The position numbers were made by a program, and so were the translations under genes. 64,000 nucleotides of DNA. Origin: Candidatus Latescibacterota bacterium (lineage in GTDB: Bacteria; Latescibacterota; UBA2968; UBA8231). Below, piece after piece: positions 48,407-58,362 of the stretch; the stretch's first letter is position 1, and the number at the start of each line of letters is the position of its first letter. The notes below the pieces were generated by a model. That model ran no database searches, was not told where the DNA came from, and worked only from the letters and a program-made list of their open reading frames with translations. Where the stretch lies: the NCBI GenBank assembly GCA_965223905.1, contig CBDCXV010000010.1:160001-224000 (forward strand), given 5' to 3'.

Positions 48407-50914
48407 GTGACCTATAGGGGGACCCCTTCTGTTCCAGATGAAAATTTAGGAGAGGGAGCGTATTTCTTGGGGTTCCATTTCGAATACACCGGCGGAGATT
48501 CCCCCACTTCCTGGCGTGAATCCTATCGGACGGAAGCCGAGAGCAACTCGCACCCTGATCAGGTTTATGCGCACCTTTTCAAGCGTCCTGGCGAGACAAT
48601 TACGACAGCCCGCCCGCCGCCATTATCACCTATTATAACAATCAGGAATGATGAGTATGTCATCCAATACTGGTATTTCTACCCATTCAATGATTGGGTA
48701 AATAATCATGAAGGAGACTGGGAGCACATCAATGTTGTTGTAAGCAACCAAGATCCCGCGCTTGCTCAACTCACACGCGTGGAGTTTTATTTCCATCACA
48801 GGTTTCTGAATCGGAGCAACCCTGGAAGCGATTTCCATGTCTCTGATGAAACGCATCCCGTTATCTTCACCGGAGGAGATGGGGAGGAATATGTAATAGG
48901 GGCGGGAGGCAAAGGGCAGGGAGGACATGGATCATATCCATCTCCAGGAACTTGGAAGAAGGTCGTTCATAAAGATCGCATTCTTTTCGACACCGAGATT
49001 GATGCTACTCCCAATGCGCTTGGGCGTTATATCCATTGGTCTGAGTTCCAGATCGATATCATCAAGGACCCTTTGGTTCCCTCGGTCTATAATTTTGATG
49101 TCAATCCTGAGTATAGTTGGATTAAGGCAAATATCCCTTGGGGACAGTTAAATACGGATTCCCCGGGGACCTGGGTCCCTTTTTCTGAAGCAGGAGAGTC
49201 CAACGATGCGCCTCCAGGACCTCATTATAATGAAGCCTGGGGGGTAGTAAGCGCCGATGACCAGTTTTATAAATCTTGGAACCGGACACCGTCATATACC
49301 CCTGTAACAGCCTCTAATTGGAAAATGATCCACGTTTCCGGCGATTACACCACCATCAGGGCAGCCATCGCCGCCGCCGACAGCGGAACCACCATCAAGA
49401 TCAATCCCGGTACCTACTACGAAACGCTTTCCATGAAAAGCGGAGTCAACCTTGCCGGTAATTACGGCACAGTGACCATCTATCCCTCTGGCACGTTGAA
49501 TGCCGTAGCCAGGTTCAGCGGCGTCCACGATATTTCGGTAGAGGGCATTAACTTTTCGGGTCTCCTCGTCAACGGGGTAGAAATTACCAACAGCACCAAC
49601 ATATCGCTCAAGCATTGCGATTTCAAGTTGGCGAGCCGGATTGATGGCGCTGCCGCCCTGTACGTATCCGGCGCCTCATCCGATGTCGACGTCGATCAGT
49701 GTTCCTTTCACAATGCCGGATATGGCCTCAATGTCAACGGGAGCCCGGTACTGGCATATACAGGCCCTATTGTAGACACTAGAGATGGAGAAATCGACGG
49801 TAAGTCCCGGTTCTACAACAATCTCTACGGGATTTATCTCACTCAAAACGGGAACATTTCGGTCCCCCGCAACAATTTTTCGTACCCTTCGCCTCACAAC
49901 AGCACAAAGGATATCTACGCTGCTGCAGACGTGCATCTCAACATAGATGCACAGGGTTGCTTCTGGGGCTATCAGGATGGTTCCGAATCTTTGCTCAGAG
50001 CCCCGGCCGTTCAGCATGATGCCCTTTATTCGCATGGTAGTCCTTACGTAATCAACACTTCCCTTTCACGCTCAGAGCCTTTGGCTAAACCGGTTGCGGA
50101 TCTGGTCCCTGACCGCAAGAGAGTCGCCTCCGACTTGGTGAAAGAGGCAATGGAATTGCTCTTCGCGGGGAAAGAGGCCGAAGCCAAGGCGGCTTTCAAA
50201 CAGATCTTTGAGACCTATGGAGACTTGAAAGAAGAGGCTATCGCCGCGCTGTATGGACTGGTGGCCGCGGCGAGCAAGCTGGATGAAGGAGACCTGCAGA
50301 AATCCGAGCTGATGGAATTCGCCCGTACCCACACGTCCCCCGAGATTCGCGCCGCCTCCGCTTATCTGGCGATCGGCTTGGTGCACAACGCGGGCAATGT
50401 CGATTCGACGCTGACGAAGATGGCGGATTTCGAGCGGGAACATGCAGGTTCCAGCCTGCGCCCTTATCTGCTCCTTGACAAGGCGCTTCTGCTGGAACAT
50501 CAGGACGAAGAGTCGAAGGCGAAGGAGGTGTTCAAGCAGCTGGCCCAGACCTATCCGACATGGGGTCAAGCCGCCTTGGTGCAGAACAAACTTCAGGCGA
50601 GGGGAATCTCGCTCCCTTCTGGCAAGGCGTCTGCCTGGGAGCTTTCAGCTGGGGTGTCGCCCAATCCGTTCAATCCGAGCACCACGCTTCGCTTCCGGGT
50701 GCCGGAAAGCGGGACGGTCTCGCTGGTCATTTACAACGTGACCGGTCAGGTGGTGAAAAAGGTGTTGGACAAGCAGTACCTGGAGGCGGGACATCACAAT
50801 TTTCTCTGGGATGGCCGGGATGATGGAGGGCGCCTGGTGGCTTCGGGGGTGTACCTGTACAGATTGAGCACCGGCAAGCAGGCCGTGGTGCGCAAGATGA
50901 CCCTGCTGCGGTAA
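48407..50914 (+). CDS. Large secreted multidomain protein: Vps62/NLP-like domain, right-handed beta-helix, TPR-like helices, FlgD-Ig tail
   Basis: IQYWYFYPFN...HEGDWEH; YTTIRAAI...PGTYYE beta-helix start; helical repeats; SPNPFNPST...WDGRD...VASGVY C-terminus. Confidence 0.8.
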   Translation: MTYRGTPSVPDENLGEGAYFLGFHFEYTGGDSPTSWRESYRTEAESNSHPDQVYAHLFKRPGETITTARPPPLSPIITIRNDEYVIQYWYFYPFNDWVNNHEGDWEHINVVVSNQDPALAQLTRVEFYFHHRFLNRSNPGSDFHVSDETHPVIFTGGDGEEYVIGAGGKGQGGHGSYPSPGTWKKVVHKDRILFDTEIDATPNALGRYIHWSEFQIDIIKDPLVPSVYNFDVNPEYSWIKANIPWGQLNTDSPGTWVPFSEAGESNDAPPGPHYNEAWGVVSADDQFYKSWNRTPSYTPVTASNWKMIHVSGDYTTIRAAIAAADSGTTIKINPGTYYETLSMKSGVNLAGNYGTVTIYPSGTLNAVARFSGVHDISVEGINFSGLLVNGVEITNSTNISLKHCDFKLASRIDGAAALYVSGASSDVDVDQCSFHNAGYGLNVNGSPVLAYTGPIVDTRDGEIDGKSRFYNNLYGIYLTQNGNISVPRNNFSYPSPHNSTKDIYAAADVHLNIDAQGCFWGYQDGSESLLRAPAVQHDALYSHGSPYVINTSLSRSEPLAKPVADLVPDRKRVASDLVKEAMELLFAGKEAEAKAAFKQIFETYGDLKEEAIAALYGLVAAASKLDEGDLQKSELMEFARTHTSPEIRAASAYLAIGLVHNAGNVDSTLTKMADFEREHAGSSLRPYLLLDKALLLEHQDEESKAKEVFKQLAQTYPTWGQAALVQNKLQARGISLPSGKASAWELSAGVSPNPFNPSTTLRFRVPESGTVSLVIYNVTGQVVKKVLDKQYLEAGHHNFLWDGRDDGGRLVASGVYLYRLSTGKQAVVRKMTLLR

Positions 50915-50988
50915 GGAATGGTCCCTATTGACGCGGACCGCCGGGGATTCTTGTAGTTCTGACGCCCTATAGGTAGGGTTGCCCAAGG

Positions 50989-51801
50989 CTACAGGGCCAG
51001 GTTTTCGGGGCTGAAGTAGTCGTTCGGCTGGCCGCGGCTGAAATCGTGCACCCATACCCCGCGGAACAGGGTCTGCCGCTTCGGGGGCATGGTCTCGATC
51101 ACCTCGAGGGGCAGGTTGGTCTTGTGGTACTGGGACTCGGCGCGGCTGTAGCAGTTGAACACGGCGATGCGGGGCCGTCCCTCGTTGGTCCAGGGCGGAC
51201 CGGCGTGACAGACGCTCTCCGAGAAGATCACCACCGACCCCGGAGGGCAGACGTACGACTCGTAGAGCGGCGAGTCCATCTTCCGGTGGATTTCGTGAAT
51301 CGGGAAGTTCGCCTTGTGCGACCCCGACATGAAGAGGGTGCCCCCGTCCCCTTCCTCGACCGGGTTGAGCTCCCAGACGACGCGGGTCAGGCCGCTGAAG
51401 ATCCCCCGGTTGACGCACTGGTACGCGAACATGCCGGTGCCGACCCCGCCGCCGTGCGGATCGATTTCCTTGAAGTCGCTGCGGCGCACCATGTTGAAGC
51501 CGTTCTCGCAGCGGAAGCCGTAGCAGTCCTCGCCGCGGTCGTTGCCCAGTATCTCCCGCAGCACCCCGACCACGACCGGGTGATCCAGCAGGATCTGCGA
51601 GGGGCCGCCCACGGCGAAGCGCTCGAGCGGGTCGAGCGAGTCCGGATCCTCCTTGAGGGCGATCACGTGGGCTTTCACCGATTCGATCTCCTCGTCGCCG
51701 AGGACGCCGGGGATGGCGATCCACCCCTTGAGATCGAAGACGAACTTCTGCTCCTCCGTCATCGGCACGGGATCGGCATGTCCGTTGGTCTGTGTGGTCA
51801 C
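50989..51801 (-). CDS. PhyH-family protein, non-canonical HxG type
   Basis: FDLKGWI, PHGG, SGSHK, FSESVCH; paralog of the 43021 gene. Confidence 0.85.
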   Translation of the reverse strand: MTTQTNGHADPVPMTEEQKFVFDLKGWIAIPGVLGDEEIESVKAHVIALKEDPDSLDPLERFAVGGPSQILLDHPVVVGVLREILGNDRGEDCYGFRCENGFNMVRRSDFKEIDPHGGGVGTGMFAYQCVNRGIFSGLTRVVWELNPVEEGDGGTLFMSGSHKANFPIHEIHRKMDSPLYESYVCPPGSVVIFSESVCHAGPPWTNEGRPRIAVFNCYSRAESQYHKTNLPLEVIETMPPKRQTLFRGVWVHDFSRGQPNDYFSPENLAL

Positions 51802-51834
51802 GGTGTCTCCTCTCTCCTGTATGCCGAGATCGCG

Positions 51835-52602
51835 CTAGCGCTCGGCGGTTCCCGGGGTCACGTTCTCGAACTCGATCATGTTTGTTTCCGGCGGTTTCCC
51901 CTCCGGATTGTGTCGCCAGCGGTCGCGGCCGCGGCACCAGAACGCCTTGAAAAATGGCCAAACCGAGGTGTCGCACTTCACCTCGCCTGCCGAAAACCTG
52001 ACCGTCAGACCCAGGCGGGGCCGCGCCGACCGGTTCGGTCCCGAGCCATGGGCTATGCGGTCGTCGTGGATGCTCGCCTGCCCGGCCTTCAGCAGCAGCG
52101 ATACCGCGCCTGAGGGGTCGATCGCCCCGGGATCGACGCCGGAGTCGAGAACGTCCCCGGTGCGTCCGGTTGCCGCGTGCGGGAGCTTTTCCCTGTGGGT
52201 GCCGGGCAGCACCTGCATGGCGGCGTTCTCCTCGTCGACGTCCGAAACCGCCAGCCAGACCGTGAGCGAGCGGGGCGGCGACAGCGGCCAGTAGAAGGCG
52301 TCCTGGTGCCAGGGCACGGTGCGGGCGTCCCCGGGATCCTTGCAGAAGAACTGCGATCCCCAGAGGTAGAAGTCGGGTCCCAGGATCTCCTCCACCCAGT
52401 CGAGAATCCTGGGAGCGCTGCAGATCTCCCAGAGCTCCCTGTCGCGAGCGTGCCACCAGTCCATGCGCTCCGCGGGCACCTCCGGGGGCAGCAGCGCCCG
52501 CAAGCGCCGGTACACCGCGAGCAGGTGCGGTCGCTCCGCGGGGCCGAACGCCTCCAGCCCGGTGAGGTACCCCTGTTCGCGGAACTGTTCCCCATCGACC
52601 AT
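51835..52602 (-). CDS. PhyH-family dioxygenase
   Basis: WHQD, PGTH, HGSGPN.S..R motifs. Confidence 0.9.
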   Translation of the reverse strand: MVDGEQFREQGYLTGLEAFGPAERPHLLAVYRRLRALLPPEVPAERMDWWHARDRELWEICSAPRILDWVEEILGPDFYLWGSQFFCKDPGDARTVPWHQDAFYWPLSPPRSLTVWLAVSDVDEENAAMQVLPGTHREKLPHAATGRTGDVLDSGVDPGAIDPSGAVSLLLKAGQASIHDDRIAHGSGPNRSARPRLGLTVRFSAGEVKCDTSVWPFFKAFWCRGRDRWRHNPEGKPPETNMIEFENVTPGTAER

Positions 52603-52640
52603 GATCCGAAGTCTGCTCCAGGGCCTGAAGGCGGACCGGC

Positions 52641-53301
52641 TCAGGCGATCCGCTCCAGCATGTCCGCGGTCACCGGGTGCAGGGGGCTGCCGCCGTTCAG
52701 GTATGCCTCGATATCGTCGACCACCTGGCGGCCGATCTTCCAGTCCCTGCAGCCGGCGAGGTGGGAGTTGTACACCACATTCGAAAGCCGCCGCAGCGGA
52801 CTGCCCGCGGCGGCCGGCTCCGGATTCGAAACGTCGAGGAAGGCGAACAGCCGCCCCTTCGCCAGCTCGTCGGCGAGGGCCTTCTCATCGACGCACATCC
52901 CCCGGGAGGTGTTGATGAAGACGGCGGCGTCCTTCATCGCCCGGAACTGGGGCGCCCCCATCAGGTTCGCGGTCGCCGGCAGGGCCGGGGTATGCAGGGT
53001 CACGGCGTCGGACCGCGAGCAAAGCTCGACGAGATCGGAGACCGGCTCGACGCCGGTGCGGCGTCCCCCAGGAGCCGATCCCGACGTGACACTCCGACAG
53101 CAGGGCGACCGCTTCCGTCACCGTCAGGTTTTCGCCGGAGCCGGTCCAGGTGACGTCGGCCAACCCGTTCAGCCGCTCCTCGTCCGCGGGTCGAAACAGG
53201 TCCCGGCGCAGCCCAGCCGGTATGATCACGCCGACACACTTCGTCGGTTCGCCGACATACTTCGCCCCTCCGCCTACTGGCTTCGCCGGTCCGTCCATCA
53301 T
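52641..53301 (-). pseudogene. D-2-hydroxyacid dehydrogenase with a central deletion
   Basis: N-terminus to GSWGTP is joined out of frame to LDEL...VTLHTP, FINTSRG, LDV..PEP, HLAG; the Rossmann GxGxxG segment is missing. Confidence 0.82.
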
Positions 53302-54116
53302 CACACCCCGCAGTTTGCGGAAAACCCGCCGTCCACCGGGACGACCGCCCCGGTGACGAAGCTCGCCTGGTCGGACAACAGCCACAGGGCGGCGCCGACG
53401 ATCTCGAGCGGATCCCCGAAGCGCCCCATCGGCACGTTCCCGACCACGGTCTCGCCCCGCTCGGTCAACTGCTGCGTCTCTTCGTCGAGCAGCAGGAAGC
53501 GGTTCTGGTTGGTGATCATGAAACCGGGGGCGATGGCGTTGACGCGGATTTTCGGCGAGTAGGTCGTCGCCATGTGCACGGCGAGCCAGCGCGTGAAGCT
53601 GTCGGCCGCGGCCTTTCCGTTCGAATAGGCCAGGGCCCTGCCCAGGGGAAGCCCACCGCCGATCGAGGTGATGTTGACGACGGCTCCCTCCTGGTTCTGC
53701 GCGAACACCCGGCCGACTGCCTGGGACGGGATCACCCCGGTCAGGTAGTTGAGATCCATCACCTTCCTGACGTTCTCGGGGTCGATGTCGAAGAACTCCA
53801 GGTCCGGGGAGGTGGTCGTGGTGGGATGGCTGCCGCCGGCGCCGTTGACGAGCTGATGGACGGTCCCGAACCGCTCGAGGGTTTCCTCCAGCGCCGCGGC
53901 GACGCTCTCCCTCGACATGGCGTCGCACCGGACCGCCATCGCCTCACCCGCGGGCCCTTCTCCGTTTATCTCATCCGCCTTGTTCCGGGCCGCCTCCTCC
54001 GAGATGTCCCATATCGCCACCCTGGCGCCTGCCCCTGCGAGGGCGCGGGCGATCTCGCCGCCGATCGCTCCGCCGGCCCCGGTTGTCACGGCATTCTTTC
54101 CGCTGAAATCGAACAT
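53301..54116 (-). CDS. SDR oxidoreductase (D-mannonate oxidoreductase-like)
   Basis: TGAGGAIG, NGAGG, YSNGK, APGF...QNR, PVDGGF motifs. Confidence 0.88.
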   Translation of the reverse strand: MFDFSGKNAVTTGAGGAIGGEIARALAGAGARVAIWDISEEAARNKADEINGEGPAGEAMAVRCDAMSRESVAAALEETLERFGTVHQLVNGAGGSHPTTTTSPDLEFFDIDPENVRKVMDLNYLTGVIPSQAVGRVFAQNQEGAVVNITSIGGGLPLGRALAYSNGKAAADSFTRWLAVHMATTYSPKIRVNAIAPGFMITNQNRFLLLDEETQQLTERGETVVGNVPMGRFGDPLEIVGAALWLLSDQASFVTGAVVPVDGGFSANCGV

Positions 54117-54136
54117 TTCGGCTCCCTGCGTTGCGG

Positions 54137-55387
54137 CTACGGTGGGCTGTCGTCCCGGATCAGGAGTTGCGGCCACCCCGCCTTCGCCTTCTCCGCGTTC
54201 CCGGGATTCGGCCACTGCTTCGGCTCGGTTATCGCCGCCGGCTCCCCCGCTCTCCAGACCGCATCGGCCGCGAGGCGCCGGGAAACCCGCCGCGTCTGCC
54301 CCTGGCAGTCCTCCAGCTCGGCATCCACCTCGTTCAGGGAGAGCACCGCAACGTCCGCTTCCCGGCCGACTCCCAGGGTTCCGATGCGATCCTGCCAGCC
54401 TATCGCGGCCGCGGCATTCACCGTGGAGGCGCGGACCACCTCGATCAGCGGCATTCCCACATGAAGGAGCTTGGACATGACCGTGGGCAGGTCGTACCCG
54501 GGCCCCTCGCAGGTGAGGCTGTGCATGTCGGTGCTGACCGCGTCGGGCCAGAAATTCCGGGCCGCACAAATCTCGGCCACCGTCCAGTTGAACGCACCCA
54601 TTCCATGCCCGATATCGAACAGGACTCCGCGTTCGCGAGCCTCCGTGACGGAGGGGTGAATCGCGTGTGTGTCCGGGTCGATGATGGTGCTCTCATACCC
54701 GTGGTAGCAATGGGTGTACACGTCCCCGCGCCGCATATGTCCGGGGGCCTCTTCCACCGGCACGGTGGAGAAGCTGTGATGGACCATGAGCGGCGTGCCG
54801 GCAGCAGCGGCCGCCTCTCGCGCTTGCCGGTACGCCAGCGCTTCGTTGCGGCCGTTGTCGGCGATCGAGGCGGACAGGCGCACCTTGACGCCGACGAGGA
54901 GATCGCGATTCGCCTCGATGCAGGCGGCGCAATCTCCGGCATGGATGAACTTCGGCGATTCAAGCTCCCCGGCCGCGTCCCTGTCCGTAGCCCCGCCGAC
55001 GGCGAGGCCGGCCCGCGATATGTTGAGAAACGCCAGAACCCGGGTGCGGAAGCGCTCCACCGAGAAGGCCCGGAAGCCGGGGAAGGTGTCGCAGCCGGCG
55101 CTGCCGGTGTCGATGGCCGTGGTGACCCCGCGTCCGAGACAGTAGTGATCGGCGTCGATACCGAGCGGGGTCACCAGGTCGTAGGTGTGGGCGTGCAGAT
55201 CGACGAGCCCCGGAGTCACGAGCTTGCCGCCGGCATCGTAGGTGTTGCGGGCGGAGCCGCTGTCCAGGTTCGCATCGACCGCGGCGATCCTTCCATTTGA
55301 GACCGCCACATCGAAGGGGCCGTCCAACCCGTTGGCCGGGTCGATCACCCGCCCGCCCCGAATCAACCAGTCCCAGTCCCGGCTCAT
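54137..55387 (-). CDS. Amidohydrolase/deacetylase (dihydroorotase-like metallohydrolase)
   Basis: PGLVDLHAH, GVKVR, MVH, THC, STD motifs. Confidence 0.9.
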   Translation of the reverse strand: MSRDWDWLIRGGRVIDPANGLDGPFDVAVSNGRIAAVDANLDSGSARNTYDAGGKLVTPGLVDLHAHTYDLVTPLGIDADHYCLGRGVTTAIDTGSAGCDTFPGFRAFSVERFRTRVLAFLNISRAGLAVGGATDRDAAGELESPKFIHAGDCAACIEANRDLLVGVKVRLSASIADNGRNEALAYRQAREAAAAAGTPLMVHHSFSTVPVEEAPGHMRRGDVYTHCYHGYESTIIDPDTHAIHPSVTEARERGVLFDIGHGMGAFNWTVAEICAARNFWPDAVSTDMHSLTCEGPGYDLPTVMSKLLHVGMPLIEVVRASTVNAAAAIGWQDRIGTLGVGREADVAVLSLNEVDAELEDCQGQTRRVSRRLAADAVWRAGEPAAITEPKQWPNPGNAEKAKAGWPQLLIRDDSPP

Positions 55388-56514
55388 TGCAGTGTCCAGC
55401 GAATGGCGTAGAAGTCGGTGGCGTCCCTGACGTCATCCCAGGTCCGGCCTTCGCTGGAGCCGGCCACCGTGACGATGGTGCCGTCCTCCGGAGCGGCGCT
55501 CGCCGCGTAGCTGCCGGTGAAGTTGGTGGCGTCGAGGTAGTAGACCTCGTCCTCCCAGGTCCTGCCCCCGTCGCGGCTGACCATCCCCCTGCTGCCCGGC
55601 GGCCCCGGGCCGTAGCGGGTGTCGTGAACGACGAGGACCGAATTGTCCCCGAGCGCCACCGGGTGGCCCCGCGTCTGTCCGAAACGGGTCACCAGCAGCC
55701 GCGGGTTCGTCCAGGAACGGCCGCCATCGTCGGAATCGACGAGGCAGACGTGTTTGTACGGCCACCCGGCCATGCCGCGGTTCCGCTGTTCGAGGTCGGC
55801 CGGATCGCCGGGCAGGGTGGGCCGCTGATAGCGGATCGCGGCCAGGAGCCTGCCCGACGGCGTGAGCGTCACCCCACCTTCGCTGAACCAGTCGTGCACG
55901 CGCGCCGGATGCGACCAGGTCAGGCCTTCGTCGCCGGAGCGATACGCGAACTGGGCGCCGCTCCCGGAGATGAGCACCAACCTGCCGTCTCCCTGCTCCT
56001 CGAAGACGTGATCGGAGCGGCCGACTCCGGCCAGCAGCGTTCCGTCTGGGAGTCTGTGGATCCAGCAGGCGCCACCGGAGCATCCGGGCGGGTTGTCGAT
56101 GGCCGACATCGTTTCGATGGTCCGGCCCTCGTCCTCCGACCGGCAGACGATCACGCGAGCCGGGTCTCCCCCCTCCGTCGACAGCCCGACGAGGGCGCCG
56201 CCGGGAAGCAGTTCGAACAGCCCGAGCCCCTCCGCTTTCCCGTGGGCACTCCAGGACCTGCCGCTGTCCGTGCTCTTGCAGATAGTGTGCCGCCGACGGC
56301 TGTAGAGAGTGCCGTCCGGGGCCCGCTTGAGGTCGACGGACTGCGGGCTTGTGTTGGTTTCGCGGGGAAGCAGGACTTTCTCGGCCGGCACCTCCTTGAG
56401 CTCGCCGCCGCGGGCGTGGAGGATGTACGGACTCCCGTGCATCTCCCGCAGCCTTTCGGCCGAGGGGACGTCGACGCCGCCGAGCCGTTCCGTGTCGCGG
56501 TTCGCCTGTTTCAT
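55384..56514 (-). CDS. BNR/Asp-box sialidase-family beta-propeller protein
   Basis: Five Asp-boxes: STDSGRSW, SEDEGRT, SGDEGLTW, SDDGGRSW, SRDGGRTW. Confidence 0.85.
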   Translation of the reverse strand: MKQANRDTERLGGVDVPSAERLREMHGSPYILHARGGELKEVPAEKVLLPRETNTSPQSVDLKRAPDGTLYSRRRHTICKSTDSGRSWSAHGKAEGLGLFELLPGGALVGLSTEGGDPARVIVCRSEDEGRTIETMSAIDNPPGCSGGACWIHRLPDGTLLAGVGRSDHVFEEQGDGRLVLISGSGAQFAYRSGDEGLTWSHPARVHDWFSEGGVTLTPSGRLLAAIRYQRPTLPGDPADLEQRNRGMAGWPYKHVCLVDSDDGGRSWTNPRLLVTRFGQTRGHPVALGDNSVLVVHDTRYGPGPPGSRGMVSRDGGRTWEDEVYYLDATNFTGSYAASAAPEDGTIVTVAGSSEGRTWDDVRDATDFYAIRWTLQ

Positions 56515-56769
56515 TCGGGCTCCCTTGGTGTCCTGTCCCCCTGAATTTAGTTCAAAAAGAGCGACAAGAGCCTTACCGAGGAGGAGATTTCCATCGCGAT
56601 CGGGTAACCCTGGAGGGGGTCGAAATCCGCCGGGACTCGAGCAGGCGGCAACCGGGAACGAGCGGGTTTGCCCTCGCTTTCTGTTCCTCCCAAAAAGGCA
56701 ACGGTCCGTGGGGCTGTCGACCCGCCCGGATTCGCGATCGCAGTCTTTCGCCGAGGGGGGAGGCGATTC

Positions 56770-57019
56770 GGCCAACACCCTCGGACAGGCCAGGATGCAG
56801 ACCGGGGATCTGGACAGGGCCGAGAAGCTGGTGCGGCAGGCGTTCGACCTGGATCCCACCACCGTGCAGGTGGTTTACAATCTCGCCCTGATCTTCCACT
56901 ACCAGGGGAGATTGGACGCAACGATTCGCCTGCTGCAGACCAGGGAGGACATCGACGCTCATCCACCTACAGCGCGCCTGGTGGAAAGCCGCAAGCGCCT
57001 GAATGCTCCGGTTCGGTGA
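56770..57019 (+). pseudogene. TPR-repeat gene fragment
   Basis: LGQARMQTGDLDRAEKLVRQAFDLDP...YNLALIFHYQG; no credible start. Confidence 0.55.
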
Positions 57020-57120
57020 GCGCGCCCCGCCAGAACGGACGGACCGGCTGGCCGGCCACATGCTCATGGCCGCCAGGCCGAGGATAGTGATGACGAGCGC
57101 CGGCAGCGTCCAGGACCGCC

Positions 57121-57939
57121 TCATTCCACAACTGCGTAGTCCGTTCCGGTCAATTCATGCAATGCCTGACGCGCTGCCTGATGGTCGGGTCCGTCGTTCC
57201 GCTCGAGCAGTTCCACCAGGTCCTTTACCGCTGAGGCGTCGCCGATCATCCCCAGGGCTCGCGCCGCCTCGGCGCGCACCCAGACGCTGGTGTCGCGGAG
57301 CGCCGAGCGCAGCAGGTCCCGAGCCTGCAACGTCCGGTGGGCCCCAAGTGCCTGCGCCGCGATGAAGCGCACGGTTTCATCCGGATCCTCCAGCGATCGA
57401 GCAACGGCGGCACTGGCATCGGCAGTCCAGAGTCGATTCAGCGCCGCCACCACATTCTGCCGCACGACAGGAGCGGGATCGTCGAGGGCGGTGACCAGCG
57501 GGGCTACGGCCACCGTGTCGAGCAGATTTCCCATGGCTTCCGCGGCGGCGGCGCGAGCCGCGGCCGACGAGTCGCCAGCCAGGACCGCAACCAGACCGGT
57601 GATGGGAGCCGGATCACCCATCCTGCCCAGGGCGAGGATGGCCTCGCGGCGCACGTAGTCGTTCGGGGAGTGGGTGAGTTGCTGCAGGAACGGGATCGCC
57701 CGCCTGTCCCCGATGCGGCCGAGGATCTGCGCGGCGATGTAGCGCAGGCTGTCGGAGCCGGAGGCGGCGCGGAGGACAAGAGGCTCGACCGCGGCGCTGC
57801 CGGCCGATAACAGGTCGTAACTGGCGCCTTGGCGAACGCGGCGGTCGGGATGGGAAAGGCGGTCGATCGTTTCGCTCGGATCCGGACTGCCGCAGCCCAG
57901 CAAGACGGTCGGCAACAGGACCAGGGGAATCAATGGCAT
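57121..57939 (-). CDS. HEAT-repeat lipoprotein
   Basis: Lipobox LLGC; repeated L.D....VR..AA.ALG units. Confidence 0.88.
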   Translation of the reverse strand: MPLIPLVLLPTVLLGCGSPDPSETIDRLSHPDRRVRQGASYDLLSAGSAAVEPLVLRAASGSDSLRYIAAQILGRIGDRRAIPFLQQLTHSPNDYVRREAILALGRMGDPAPITGLVAVLAGDSSAAARAAAAEAMGNLLDTVAVAPLVTALDDPAPVVRQNVVAALNRLWTADASAAVARSLEDPDETVRFIAAQALGAHRTLQARDLLRSALRDTSVWVRAEAARALGMIGDASAVKDLVELLERNDGPDHQAARQALHELTGTDYAVVE

Positions 57940-58019
57940 GAAACGGCGCCGGGAAGGGTTGCTGCCGCTGGATCGCCGCCTCCAGCAACCCGGGATGGGG
58001 GAAGTCGACGGGGTACGGT

Positions 58020-58197
58020 GGTTTCCAGCGGCGCTGTGAGAATTTGCAGGATTTCGGAGAGACTGCGGTCGACTTGCAGCTGCTTCTTCACGATGGCCAC
58101 GAACACGTACCTGCTGATGGCGATCCAGATCTGAGTCTTTACCGCGTTCTCGGAGGTACCGAAGAATGCCTTGATGCGCAGGTGCTGCTTGATCCAA
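58020..58197 (-). mobile_element. IS4-family transposase C-terminal remnant
   Basis: WIKQHLRIKAFFGTSENAVKTQIWIAIS.YV.VAIVKKQL...SL.EILQIL. Confidence 0.85.
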
Positions 58198-58362
58198 ATG
58201 CTGTAACATCAACGATGTTAATGCCTTACGGAAAAATCTTCAGACAACAACGGGACACTGCTGGCATCGTCATTTCTGATCTCCCTTCGATGGAGCACGT
58301 CTGCGATAGTCTACCGGTGCGACTCGATGGGCGGAAGAATGGCCAGGATATGAACGGGACAC

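Noticed and set aside
57940-58212. N-terminal extension of the HEAT-repeat ORF
   Set aside because: It is an off-frame read through the IS4 remnant; the lipoprotein signal begins at 57939.
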